Positions 30,411 through 40,395 of a stretch of DNA of 64,000 nucleotides are shown here, in pieces. This DNA is from a phage: the sequence record PZ445439.1; one strand, 5' to 3'. The translations under genes were made by a program, and so were the position numbers. How positions within the stretch are numbered: position 1 is the stretch's first letter; each line of letters starts with the position of its first letter. The notes below the pieces were generated by a model that worked only from the letters and a program-made list of their open reading frames with translations, was not told where the DNA came from and ran no database searches.

Positions 30411-31259
30411 TTAATCAACTGCTATTGGATGAATAGCATTAAACTTATGAAATGCTTCTGATTTTTCTTTGCGCGAAACACACATGCGAAGAACCTTTAA
30501 TGGCTCGTCTTCTTCACCCAACGATTTTCGTTTTTCAATATTAGAAGTTTTCCAACGAGCTTGCTCTGGAAACTCTCTATTGATTTGCTCAAGCGCTCTA
30601 TTATGTTTAGAATTACTACGAATTGAACTGCACCCGCCAGGAGCTTGTGCTTTTCCAGATACAACCAGATATTTGAACAAGGCCAAATGCGGATAACCTT
30701 GATTAATTAAATTGAGAAATGCATACATATCTTCACATAAATCAATTTTTCCATACCCAATTTGTTCTGTCGTAAGTTTTCCGAGGTCATACCATGTATT
30801 CGTGAATCCATATGAATTTTCACGATAATTACCCCAAGATGAAGTAATTTTAAAAATAGGTAGACGAGCATGGCCATGATAATACCCGCAATCCATAGCA
30901 TCTTCAACGTATTGAATCAATTCGTAGAATTGTTCACGGGTTAATTGATTGACTTTATCTACACAGCGACGATCATCTCTTTTTCGCATTGAGCTCATAC
31001 GAATCGTAGTATCATCGTCAATCATCCAGATTCGTTGACCTGCATACATATCAGTAATTGCTTTACGAGTACCGGCAATTCCGTTTACATCATCAGGAAT
31101 AGTTACAATTTTAGCTCTAGACCCATAGGCGTCATAATAAGCTTTTTCTTCATGTTCACGTACTACAATATGAGGTTCATAATCAGTCGGAAACATATCA
31201 AGGGCAGAAACTGCCCCTACGCGTTGATAGCTCGGAATTACGAATTGAATCATTTCCAC
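30411..31259 (-). CDS. GT-A-fold glycosyltransferase at the beta-gt position (possibly beta-glucosyl-HMC-alpha-glucosyltransferase type)
   Basis: 282 aa; N-terminal IPSYQR and DxD-like MIDDDTT motifs typical of GT-A enzymes; does not resemble recalled T4 beta-gt (351 aa, GT-B). Confidence 0.5.
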   Translation of the reverse strand: MEMIQFVIPSYQRVGAVSALDMFPTDYEPHIVVREHEEKAYYDAYGSRAKIVTIPDDVNGIAGTRKAITDMYAGQRIWMIDDDTTIRMSSMRKRDDRRCVDKVNQLTREQFYELIQYVEDAMDCGYYHGHARLPIFKITSSWGNYRENSYGFTNTWYDLGKLTTEQIGYGKIDLCEDMYAFLNLINQGYPHLALFKYLVVSGKAQAPGGCSSIRSNSKHNRALEQINREFPEQARWKTSNIEKRKSLGEEDEPLKVLRMCVSRKEKSEAFHKFNAIHPIAVD

Positions 31260-31990
31260 TCACCGTTATAATCTTTTTTCACAATATGAGTTTCGCCAGT
31301 ATTCCACCAATGATCAACCAAGTAAAAATGACGAGAATATACATGAAGACTTCCAACATTCCATATAATAGAACCTGCTTTATACTGACGAGTTGAATCG
31401 CCTGCATTCAAATCAGATACTAATTTATCTAATACGTATTTTTGCCATGCATAATCATTACGGAATCCGAAGACCACGTCATTTGAGCGCATGCTTACTA
31501 CTGCATTGACTTTCTTATCACGAATCAGGTATTGTACTGTATTCGTACACATGAAATCTGACATGCCATCTTTATTGTAGTCAAACTGCATGGATGGACG
31601 AGTATAAATCATGATACCACGCCGAGAATCAGGATTTTGACCGAGTTCAGCTAAACACATATCATACTGGGCATAGTTATCTTCTGACCAAATAGCCCAA
31701 CCATAATTCGAGTTAATTTCGCCTTTAGAAGATGCTACCTGCTGCCAAATCTTTGGTGTTTCACCTGGAATATCTTTAACAAACAAGCTCTTAGATTTAT
31801 ACCATTCAAGTTCACGCTGAATGTATTCATCATTAAGAGCGCCAAAAATAAACGGTTCATCTGCTACAAATGATGCGCCAATAATTTCAATAGTTTTAAC
31901 GCCAGTTTTATCAACTACGAAATCTTTTTCCTTTAATGCAGTTCCCAAATAAAAACGGATTTCTTCAACTGTCATAGAGTCATTAATCAT
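31250..31990 (-). CDS. 42: dCMP hydroxymethylase gp42
   Basis: 246 aa as in T4; thymidylate-synthase-like fold motifs. Confidence 0.9.
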   Translation of the reverse strand: MINDSMTVEEIRFYLGTALKEKDFVVDKTGVKTIEIIGASFVADEPFIFGALNDEYIQRELEWYKSKSLFVKDIPGETPKIWQQVASSKGEINSNYGWAIWSEDNYAQYDMCLAELGQNPDSRRGIMIYTRPSMQFDYNKDGMSDFMCTNTVQYLIRDKKVNAVVSMRSNDVVFGFRNDYAWQKYVLDKLVSDLNAGDSTRQYKAGSIIWNVGSLHVYSRHFYLVDHWWNTGETHIVKKDYNGEWK

Positions 31991-32143
31991 TTAAACCTCA
32001 ATTGATACATTCATATTTAACTTGTAACAGTAATAAACTCCAACCTAAAATAATAGTTGGAATCATAAGAGGAACCGTTACACTATAGTATATACTTATT
32101 ATAACCATCAAGATTAAAAGCAATGCTGCTATAATTTTGCTTT

Positions 32144-32395
32144 TCATTCCTTCTCTCTGATGATAATTACCTGATTTGGCTGTGCAGACTTTTTAGTTTC
32201 ACCAGCAATTGACCAAATAAATGTAATAAACCAACCAATAATTGACCAGTTAAACAGTAAAGATGTGAAAAAGATTCCTACTGTCGATTTTGACCCACGC
32301 ATCAAGGCGATAAACCATGGAAGCATGTATATAATAATAGCCAACACACCTGAAACTAAAACCATAAAAATTGAACCTGCTACTAAAGTTTCCAT
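32144..32395 (-). CDS. imm: Imm immunity (superinfection exclusion) membrane protein
   Basis: 83 aa, two hydrophobic helices, position between 43 and 42 as in T4. Confidence 0.7.
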   Translation of the reverse strand: METLVAGSIFMVLVSGVLAIIIYMLPWFIALMRGSKSTVGIFFTSLLFNWSIIGWFITFIWSIAGETKKSAQPNQVIIIREKE

Positions 32396-32402
32396 GTTTT
32401 CC

Positions 32403-32783
32403 TCACTTAGTCAAATTTTTTACACATGAATTATAAGAATTCACTACATACTCCATCGGAGCATTTTTACCAGTACGCCATTGGTAATTATTAGCCCAAT
32501 TAGCCCAAATTTCGGCGCAGTAGTTTTCAATTTTTTCTTCGCGTGTAATTACATCAGAATTACGATATGCTTGAGCAGATTCATCTGGACGAATAGCTTC
32601 GTCAAAATTCGCCTGCATTTGTTCGACTGTTTGCTTTGGAGCTTCTTTATAACACTTGACATTAGGATTATAAAATTTGCTTGAACAGTTTACAATTTTT
32701 CCTACATCAGACTGATTTACTACCGGTCCTTGAGCTACACAACCAGTAAGACCTAATGCAATAACCAAAATAGCGATTTTCAT
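32403..32783 (-). CDS. putative lipoprotein (imm.1 position)
   Basis: 126 aa, signal peptide with lipobox LTGC. Confidence 0.4.
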   Translation of the reverse strand: MKIAILVIALGLTGCVAQGPVVNQSDVGKIVNCSSKFYNPNVKCYKEAPKQTVEQMQANFDEAIRPDESAQAYRNSDVITREEKIENYCAEIWANWANNYQWRTGKNAPMEYVVNSYNSCVKNLTK

Positions 32784-32793
32784 AATAATTTCC

Positions 32794-33042
32794 TCAAATG
32801 CAAGTAGTAATTACTCCAGTAGTGCTTATGCAGGTATTACCCATTTGCACACCTAAAGATCCATTTGTATTCACATGAAGATTATCATCAATTTTAACTG
32901 ATATTTTACCATTAGTGTGAATAACGGTGCTAGATTCAATCACAGGTTGAGTATCATTTTCAACACTAACAAATGGAACTGCTGCTAATGCAACTAAACA
33001 AACTGCTAAGCATCCCATAACAATTTTCATTTTATTCTCCAA
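32794..33042 (-). CDS. small secreted/membrane protein
   Basis: 82 aa with N-terminal hydrophobic signal-like segment; early promoter upstream. Confidence 0.35.
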   Translation of the reverse strand: MENKMKIVMGCLAVCLVALAAVPFVSVENDTQPVIESSTVIHTNGKISVKIDDNLHVNTNGSLGVQMGNTCISTTGVITTCI

Positions 33043-33187
33043 ATCTGTATCAGTAGTTGATAGTTGTATAGTACCACAGAGGAACAGTCTTGTAAAACAG
33101 TTTTGTGAAAAATTTTTTAGGGAATTCTAAAGGTCCAGAATCATCTGTTTTTCATAAGTATAGATTTATATTACTTGTATGAAAAAG

Positions 33188-33203
33188 GGACCCGGAGGTC
33201 CCT
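33188..33203 (-). terminator. hairpin downstream of gene 43
   Basis: GGGACC-UCCG-GGUCCC stem-loop after the stop codon. Confidence 0.5.
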
Positions 33204-33215
33204 AGATTTATTCTA

Positions 33216-35912
33216 TCAGCCAAACAGGAAGTCTAACGAAGCTTTTTCTTCATAGTCCATACCAGCCGATTCACACATGCCTGCAAGCGGTTTAACAAAC
33301 GATTTTTGGAACAAAGTTGAGTAGTCAATCCAAGACAGTACGTCAGAACGAATTTCTTTTGGAAGTTCTGTACCCGACGGCCAAGCAATGCATTTGTCAC
33401 CAAATGGATTTCCTTCACGCAATGGAAGAACCATTACTTTATTTCCATCCAAAATTGGAGCTACACCTAAACCGCTAACAGCTCGACGATAAGTTAGCAC
33501 ACCACGAATATGGAACGGACATTTAAATCCTGGCCAACCTTTATCATCATATTTCGCTATATCGTTCGCAGTTTTTACTTCAGCAATAACTTTATAGTCA
33601 AGTTGACGATATTCTTTCTCGAAGTTCTTGTAATATTCTTGGACAGACTCTTCACCTTCCTGAAGAATACGACGAATACTTTCTTCGAGAGCTTCTTGGA
33701 CCGCTTTAGGCGTTGAACTCTGCTGAGTTTCCATACCCATGATTTTTAGATGCGGTTCAGCAAATCGCTTATCTTCCATATCATATACGTTCAGAGCATA
33801 ACGCTTTTTCGCTTTCCAAAATCCACCAACGCCCTTTGAACCAAGTGGAGGGCAAGAAATAGCTTCACGGTCCATATGCATCAGATGCTCGCGGTTATTC
33901 ATATAATCACATAACTCACGATATGCAACATCAATCATAGGTTCCATCTTTTTCTTACCGAACTGATTCATGAATTCAACTAAATCGTTCTGCTCTTTGA
34001 ATCGGTCAAGACCAACTTTTTCAATAACTTTATCTACACAAACATATACCGAATCAGTATCACCTGCTGCAATGAAATCTTCGCCATTAGTTCCGCATAC
34101 TTTATTCAGATATTCATTAATTTTACGAGCAATCCACTGAATACCAACTTGGCCGAAAATTGTGATAGCAGTAGCATTTCGCAAATCATAGTAACGGAAA
34201 TGAATATTACCAAGAGCACCGTAAAGGCTGTTAATAAGAATTTTACGGTTCAGCTGATTTGTATTAGCAAGTGTAGCCGCTTTTTCACATTCTTCAATCA
34301 AACTATTGAGAACAGATTCAGTATAATTCGATAGTTCATTTAAGAAATCATCACTGAACTTAACATATCGTTCAACTTCAGGTTTAGTTGAACAAGACCC
34401 TACGCCTTTCATAATAATCTTTTTAATAGCTTCGGCATTCATTTCTTCAGCGAACATTTTCTTTTTCCAATCTTTACGCTGGAAAAATACTTTAGCGATT
34501 TCCTTTGGAATGATACCTTCTTGATGCTTATCATACATCCATCCATTCGGAGAACAAGAATATTCATCACTCGGTTTAGGAGCTGTTCCTGCGATATATT
34601 CATGAATTGGATGAACTTTAAACTGACCACGAATAGTCTCAGGACTAATGTTAACCTGACGAATAATGCTCGGATACAGAGACGTCAAGTCAAAACTCAT
34701 AATATATCGACGAGCAATTGGTTTAGGTTCAAATACAAATGCACCCGGAAAACTTTGTTTAACGTGCGAACCTTGTTGAGGAATAACCTTGTGTTCACCT
34801 TTCAATGAGTTAAAAATAATAGCATCCCAAGTTTTAATAGGACTCATTACACCAGAAAAAGGCATTTTAGCGTAATAAGACATACTTAAAACTAGATCAA
34901 TAAACCCGCGAATTTTATCAATTGCTTGAACTGATTCTACGTCAATGATGTTATAACTAATGTATCGTTGATGATTAGTCTCACGAAGTTTATTAATAGG
35001 ACCGTCGTATGGTAATTTACCTTTTTTGGTTTCATGTTGAGCAACTGATTCCAAAGAGAATGACGGCAAATTAGTAAAAGCAAATTTCTTGTACAAATCT
35101 AAATAATCAAGAATAGATACACCATCAATAGAATAAATTTCTTTGCTGCCGTACATATTTTGAATTAGTTTAGATTTTACTCGACCGATTGGAGAGAAGC
35201 GTTTCATACTACGTTCACCGAGAACCATTTTAACGCGATTCATGATATACGGAACGTCAAATCCCTCAATATTCCAACCAGTAAAAATAGCAGGTCGTTT
35301 CTGTTCCCAGAGATTGATATATTCCATGAGCATATCACGCTCATTATCGAATGGCATATAAATTACTCGGTCAAGAATTTCTTGAGGAACTTCATCACCA
35401 CCTTCACAGTCAAGCTTAGCAGCTAACTTTGCATCCCATTTTGATACTGAACCATACATTGAATTCAAAAGGTCGAAAACATAAAAACGATCATCAATTG
35501 AATCGTAATGAGTGATAGCATCAATTTCATATTCAGCTTTCATTGGGTCAGGAAATTTATCACCAGTAACCTCAATGTCACAGTTAGCTACACGAACAAA
35601 TTTTCGGTCATAAACAATTTCTGAACCGTATGTATCACTGATATAAGCGAGTTTAAAATCGTTCATACCGAGAGCTTCGAGACCGATGTCTTCCATTCGT
35701 TTCATCCAATCTCGAGCATCTTTCATTGATGGAAATTTTTGAGGAGCGCAGTTTTTACCATAGATGTCTTTGTACTTTGACTCTTCCTTACAATGCCTAA
35801 ACATAGTTGGAAGATATTCTACTTCACGAGTACGTTCCTTTCCATTTTCATCAATATAACGTTCAACAATATTATTTCCGACTGTTTCAATAGAGATATA
35901 AAATTCTTTCAT
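33216..35912 (-). CDS. 43: DNA polymerase gp43 (family B) with 3'-5' exonuclease
   Basis: 898 aa as in T4; exo motifs, DTDS polymerase motif (AAGDTDSVY), KKRY motif. Confidence 0.95.
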   Translation of the reverse strand: MKEFYISIETVGNNIVERYIDENGKERTREVEYLPTMFRHCKEESKYKDIYGKNCAPQKFPSMKDARDWMKRMEDIGLEALGMNDFKLAYISDTYGSEIVYDRKFVRVANCDIEVTGDKFPDPMKAEYEIDAITHYDSIDDRFYVFDLLNSMYGSVSKWDAKLAAKLDCEGGDEVPQEILDRVIYMPFDNERDMLMEYINLWEQKRPAIFTGWNIEGFDVPYIMNRVKMVLGERSMKRFSPIGRVKSKLIQNMYGSKEIYSIDGVSILDYLDLYKKFAFTNLPSFSLESVAQHETKKGKLPYDGPINKLRETNHQRYISYNIIDVESVQAIDKIRGFIDLVLSMSYYAKMPFSGVMSPIKTWDAIIFNSLKGEHKVIPQQGSHVKQSFPGAFVFEPKPIARRYIMSFDLTSLYPSIIRQVNISPETIRGQFKVHPIHEYIAGTAPKPSDEYSCSPNGWMYDKHQEGIIPKEIAKVFFQRKDWKKKMFAEEMNAEAIKKIIMKGVGSCSTKPEVERYVKFSDDFLNELSNYTESVLNSLIEECEKAATLANTNQLNRKILINSLYGALGNIHFRYYDLRNATAITIFGQVGIQWIARKINEYLNKVCGTNGEDFIAAGDTDSVYVCVDKVIEKVGLDRFKEQNDLVEFMNQFGKKKMEPMIDVAYRELCDYMNNREHLMHMDREAISCPPLGSKGVGGFWKAKKRYALNVYDMEDKRFAEPHLKIMGMETQQSSTPKAVQEALEESIRRILQEGEESVQEYYKNFEKEYRQLDYKVIAEVKTANDIAKYDDKGWPGFKCPFHIRGVLTYRRAVSGLGVAPILDGNKVMVLPLREGNPFGDKCIAWPSGTELPKEIRSDVLSWIDYSTLFQKSFVKPLAGMCESAGMDYEEKASLDFLFG

Positions 35913-35919
35913 AGATATT

Positions 35920-35950
35920 CCTTAGTTTATAGCCCGAGTTATTAGGCTCT
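35920..35950 (-). promoter_or_regulatory. gene 43 translational operator hairpin (gp43 autoregulation site) plus SD
   Basis: minus-strand RNA GAGCC-UAAUAACUC-GGGCU hairpin followed by AAGGAA SD and AUG; loop AAUAACUC matches the classic T4 gene 43 operator. Confidence 0.6.
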
Positions 35951-35973
35951 TGATATATTATACTCCAAATAAG

Positions 35974-35987
35974 GGGCCGAAGCCCCT
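35974..35987 (-). terminator. UUCG-tetraloop hairpin between regA-side ORF and gene 43 operator
   Basis: GGGGC-UUCG-GCCCC followed by U-rich sequence. Confidence 0.5.
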
Positions 35988-35992
35988 TTGCT

Positions 35993-36280
35993 TTAAATTT
36001 CTATTGTACGACGCGATATAACGGACTTGCCATCTGTATTTGTGGTTTTGATAATCGCATGAAATGCGCGTTGGCGTGGGTAAACTAATCGTTGGAATTC
36101 TTTTTGGAATTCTATTTGTTTATCTTCCGGGAGGTCAAAAACCAGTTGGGTAGAAGACAGACCATATGTTTGTTTTAGATTTTCGAATATTAGAAAAGCT
36201 TCGGTAAACTGAATCTCTGATTGTGTCATATAATTTACCTTAATTACCAATCGTATATTTAGGAACGAGTTTCCATTCAT
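35993..36280 (-). CDS. hypothetical small protein between regA and 43 (uncertain)
   Basis: 95-aa ORF overlapping regA 3' end; UUCG hairpin follows its stop. Confidence 0.3.
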   Translation of the reverse strand: MNGNSFLNIRLVIKVNYMTQSEIQFTEAFLIFENLKQTYGLSSTQLVFDLPEDKQIEFQKEFQRLVYPRQRAFHAIIKTTNTDGKSVISRRTIEI

Positions 36281-36608
36281 GTTTTTGTTTAAAAGAAATA
36301 ACTCGGAAGTTATTAGTTAAATCTTTCATAAAAGTTCTTTGACCAGGAACGATTTCAATCAGTCCCCAATCTTCTAATAGCCATGCAATCGAATCACGAC
36401 GAACTTCATCTTCTTCTGTCATTTCAACTTGACGGCCATCCATACGAAGCATTTCTTTAAAATGAACGATATAGTATAGTCCTTTTTTCTGAAGAATATG
36501 ACAGGACTGATACAGAACTTTATCTTTATTATTAGCAATTCCCATACGAGTCAAAGTTTCTTTTACTTTCAGAAAATCTTCAGGTTTTTTAAGAGTAATT
36601 TCAATCAT
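36240..36608 (-). CDS. regA: RegA translational repressor
   Basis: 122 aa as in T4 RegA; position between 62 and 43. Confidence 0.85.
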   Translation of the reverse strand: MIEITLKKPEDFLKVKETLTRMGIANNKDKVLYQSCHILQKKGLYYIVHFKEMLRMDGRQVEMTEEDEVRRDSIAWLLEDWGLIEIVPGQRTFMKDLTNNFRVISFKQKHEWKLVPKYTIGN

Positions 36609-36609
36609 T

Positions 36610-37173
36610 TTACCATTCCAATGCTAGTTTTTTGAGTTGTTTCTGTTCTTTTACGTTCTTAGTCACTTCTTTCAAAAAATCATCCGTGACTAAACCTTTT
36701 AGTTCTTTTAATACTAAAGGAAGTTTTCCATTTTTAGTAAGAATTGATTTATAGTTAATTGCATCATTTGTATTAACTTGATACCGTTTAGCAAGTAACT
36801 TAATAATCAATACTTCGGTGGAATCTTCAACCAGTTTTGCCCATTTACCATATCTTTTACCACGAGGAACTGCAGCCATTAGATAATTAAAATGAGCTTC
36901 ATCACTTAAGCCTGATCCAATTAAATTCATAGCATATACAGCTGGCATGCACTCTGGAAATTGTGATAATGCATTTTCGACCATGAATTTTGAATAATCT
37001 TTTTGAGCAATAGAGCATTTAGTTTTATTATTGATAGCTCCAATTATTTCAAAAAATTCATTTTCAGCTTTTTCTTTAAAAGAATCAGCAGCGGATTGGA
37101 CAGCTGTCCAATCTTTTGAATACCAAGCAACTTGATGCTCGTTTAATTGAATATCATCTTCAAATAAGCTCAT
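36610..37173 (-). CDS. 62: clamp loader subunit gp62
   Basis: start at [10 protein letters not shown] gives 187 aa as in T4; coupled to gene 44 stop. Confidence 0.85.
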   Translation of the reverse strand: MSLFEDDIQLNEHQVAWYSKDWTAVQSAADSFKEKAENEFFEIIGAINNKTKCSIAQKDYSKFMVENALSQFPECMPAVYAMNLIGSGLSDEAHFNYLMAAVPRGKRYGKWAKLVEDSTEVLIIKLLAKRYQVNTNDAINYKSILTKNGKLPLVLKELKGLVTDDFLKEVTKNVKEQKQLKKLALEW

Positions 37174-37174
37174 A

Positions 37175-38134
37175 TCACTTCCACTGCATTTCACATGCTA
37201 ATTGAATGAAAAGATAAGCTAAATGTAATTCAGTGTTAGCTGCAATACCATGATACTGATTATTTTCGCCGACAATTTCGTACATACGAATAATACTCTG
37301 TGGAGTTACACGTGAATAGATTTCTTCGGCAAGTTTACCCACGAACCACGAATAATCAGCTGCATATTTTGGTGCTAAAGCTCTGAGTTGTTTAACATCT
37401 TTATTTTTGAGAGACTCAAGAACATCATCAATAGCGCCACGATCGTTAGTAACCAGTGATAAAATACCAGCATCCAAAACACCTTTAGATGAATAACTAT
37501 CGAGCTCGCCAATAGTTTTACGAAAATCAGGAAAATTCTTTTTAACCAAAGCTGCTACAACTTTCATATCAGCTATAGCAATTCCTTCATGCTTACAGAT
37601 TTCAGTCAATCGACGAATCATCTGCTTCATCATTTCAATTTTATCTTCATCGGTCGGTTGACCGAACGTAATAACTCGGCAGCGTGACTGAAGTGGTTTA
37701 ATAATACCATCAATATTGTTAGCAGTAATAATAATACTACAGTTTGAACTATAAGCTTCCATAAAGGAACGAAGATGTCGCTGAGATTCTGCTAAACCTG
37801 AGCGGTCAAATTCATCAATAACGATTACTTTTTGACGACCATCAAATGAAGCTGCACTCGCAAAATTAGTTAAAGGACCACGAACGAAATCAATTTTACA
37901 GTCTGATCCATTTACAAACATCATATCAGCATTTACATCATGACACAATGCTTTTGCTACAGTTGTTTTACCTGTTCCTGGAGAAGGAGAATGAAGAATA
38001 ATATGTGGAATCTTACCTTTACTTGTAATAGATTTAAAGGTTTCTTTATCAAAGGCGGGAAGAATACATTCATCGATAGTAGATGGACGATATTTCTGTT
38101 CAAGAATGTGTTCTTTTTCATTTACGGTAATCAT
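37175..38134 (-). CDS. 44: clamp loader ATPase gp44 (AAA+, RFC-like)
   Basis: start at MITVNEKEH gives 319 aa as in T4; Walker [15 protein letters not shown] Walker B, SRC-like motif. Confidence 0.9.
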
Positions 38135-38169
38135 AATTTCCTCATTCAAGTTTTAGTGTAAATTATAAA

Positions 38170-38181
38170 GGGCCGAAGCCC
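38170..38181 (-). terminator. UUCG-tetraloop hairpin downstream of gene 45
   Basis: GGGC-UUCG-GCCC immediately after stop. Confidence 0.5.
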
Positions 38182-38185
38182 TCTA

Positions 38186-38872
38186 TTAAAAATCGTGGGT
38201 AGAATCAGCTTCAAGAGCTACTACATAATTCGCATGTTCACCTTCAAATTTAGCAGCACCTTGTTTACCTTTTGCCCAGAGCAGAAGTTTATAATTTCCT
38301 GGTTGCATTTTCATATTTGCCATATTGATAATGAAATTAAATGTATTTTCACCATCATAATCACCAAGAGTCAAAGAATATTTAACACGGGTCAGAGCAG
38401 AATCTTCTACTTTATTAAAACCGTTAATTACGATTTTACCTTCTTTTACCGTGATAGCAATTGTATCAATTTGCAGACCACGAGATACACGCAACAGTTG
38501 TTGAAGGTCTTCAGCTTTAATTTCAGTAACAACAGATGCTACCGGGAATGGAATTGGTTTATTAGGAGCAACTACTGTACTCGGATCGGCTGCTGGCCAA
38601 AAAATTGTTGAACGGGCATCAGCAATTTTAATATTTCCATCTTCTGACTGGGAAATTTCTGCATCATCATTAACTAGAGACAGAATACCGAGAAAACCGT
38701 TCAAATCGTAAATTGCTACATCAAAATCAATAACGTCAGAAATATTTGCTTCCGCATAAGTTGTACCATTAACTGCGCGAGTCATAATAAATTGACCGGA
38801 TTTAAGCATAATGCCAGAGTTAATAGTAGCGAAATTTTTCAAAATATTCAGTGTGTCTTTAGATAATTTCAT
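38186..38872 (-). CDS. 45: sliding clamp gp45
   Basis: 228 aa as in T4; UUCG hairpin right after stop. Confidence 0.9.
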   Translation of the reverse strand: MKLSKDTLNILKNFATINSGIMLKSGQFIMTRAVNGTTYAEANISDVIDFDVAIYDLNGFLGILSLVNDDAEISQSEDGNIKIADARSTIFWPAADPSTVVAPNKPIPFPVASVVTEIKAEDLQQLLRVSRGLQIDTIAITVKEGKIVINGFNKVEDSALTRVKYSLTLGDYDGENTFNFIINMANMKMQPGNYKLLLWAKGKQGAAKFEGEHANYVVALEADSTHDF

Positions 38873-39756
38873 TTCAATTTCCTATTTACATAATAGTTAG
38901 ACCAGGACCGTACAGCACCCTGATAAGATTCGTCGTTAAACCCATTAGCTACTGCAATTTTACGAAATTTATTATAACTTGGTTTTCCGTAAGCATGCCA
39001 TAAAGATTTTAATTCATCTTCATGTTCAATCCAAGTTCCTCTAGCTTTAGATTTTCTAAATTTTGATTTGAATTCCGGTAAATTATTTCTAACAGTTGCT
39101 TGAATTGAAGCTCTCTGTCTTCTTTCAGCATTATTCCATAATTCTTTTTGAGATTTAGAAATTTTTGATCTTACACTTTCTGAATTCATTATATCACTAA
39201 ACTTTTTAGCATAACTACAATTAAGATATTTCAATTTCATCTTATTTGAGAGTTTAAGCTTTTTCTCATCGGTCCAGTGATTCTTCATTGAATTAGATAT
39301 TTTGTATTTTACTTCAGAACTATGTTTGTAACCTTTACGAATACCGACATACTCAGGCGTAATTTCAGATTGCGAAAGCTTTACAATTTTTCCAGTTAAA
39401 ACATTTTTATATGTTCCATATCCTTTAGCACCAATTAAAGTATTTTCATCTGCGTATGCTTTATTAAAATATTTTATATTACTTTTTGCTTTAACTTTTA
39501 ATTGAAAAAATCTCTCCAATTTTCTTGGATCTAATATAGTTTCAGCTAAAATTTTGACGGTATATTTAGTGGTTTTAATAAGTTCAAAATATTCATCGCT
39601 ATAACTCGATGACACGCTTCCAGTATAAATCTTTCCAGCTGAATCAATTATATTTGTTCCATCGAAAATTGCGTTAATTTTTGAACCTATATAATAACAC
39701 GGAAAAATATTTTTAGCTTCCCGCTCTGGAAAGCTAATAAGATATACTAAATTCAT
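38869..39756 (-). CDS. free-standing GIY-YIG homing endonuclease (Seg-like)
   Basis: 295 aa; N-terminal [10 protein letters not shown]...CYYIGSK resembles GIY...YIG motif, basic C-terminal DNA-binding-like region; inserted between 45 and rpbA. Confidence 0.55.
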   Translation of the reverse strand: MNLVYLISFPEREAKNIFPCYYIGSKINAIFDGTNIIDSAGKIYTGSVSSSYSDEYFELIKTTKYTVKILAETILDPRKLERFFQLKVKAKSNIKYFNKAYADENTLIGAKGYGTYKNVLTGKIVKLSQSEITPEYVGIRKGYKHSSEVKYKISNSMKNHWTDEKKLKLSNKMKLKYLNCSYAKKFSDIMNSESVRSKISKSQKELWNNAERRQRASIQATVRNNLPEFKSKFRKSKARGTWIEHEDELKSLWHAYGKPSYNKFRKIAVANGFNDESYQGAVRSWSNYYVNRKLK

Positions 39757-40142
39757 TTATTAAACTCGGCCACAATTGTTTCCGCAACAATTTGAGCAGC
39801 AACAATTAGACGTTCATCTGCATTACCACAATAATCATCTTCAAGGCGTTCACCACATGAAGTCATAATAAATTTAGCACCGGCGTTTAGGGATTCTGTA
39901 GTATGTTTGCGCATTAGTTCAATCCATTTATTACTTACTTCACGATCGATAGCTTCATAATACGCATGACGAGCAGGTGCAGATTTAATTTTGTTCTGAA
40001 TAACTTCCATTGCGTTATCAGAAAGAGACAAAACCCATGCTCGACGAATTTTATTTTGGTTTTGTGGATTTGATTCAGAACGCACGTGTTTTGGCTGAAT
40101 ATCTTTTACGTCAACAGTATAATTCACAGTAATTTTAGTCAT
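39753..40142 (-). CDS. rpbA: RpbA-like RNA polymerase binding protein
   Basis: 129 aa as in T4 RpbA, position upstream of 45. Confidence 0.5.
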   Translation of the reverse strand: MTKITVNYTVDVKDIQPKHVRSESNPQNQNKIRRAWVLSLSDNAMEVIQNKIKSAPARHAYYEAIDREVSNKWIELMRKHTTESLNAGAKFIMTSCGERLEDDYCGNADERLIVAAQIVAETIVAEFNK

Positions 40143-40395
40143 AATACACCTTTAGTCATAATAATCAGTAACAGTCCAAGCTTCATTTCTATTGGACATT
40201 ATTTTTGTATATTCTGCTTTAAATGCATTCCTAAGCATAGATTCAGTAACTATATGCTCTTCATTAGAAAAATTATTTCTCAGAATATATCGTTTTATTT
40301 CAGGAAAAGTTAATAAATGCTGTCCAGTTGAATATTCCATGTTTTTCCTCCATAGAGATTATACTCTAATAAATTAAAGCATAATCTCTTATAAA

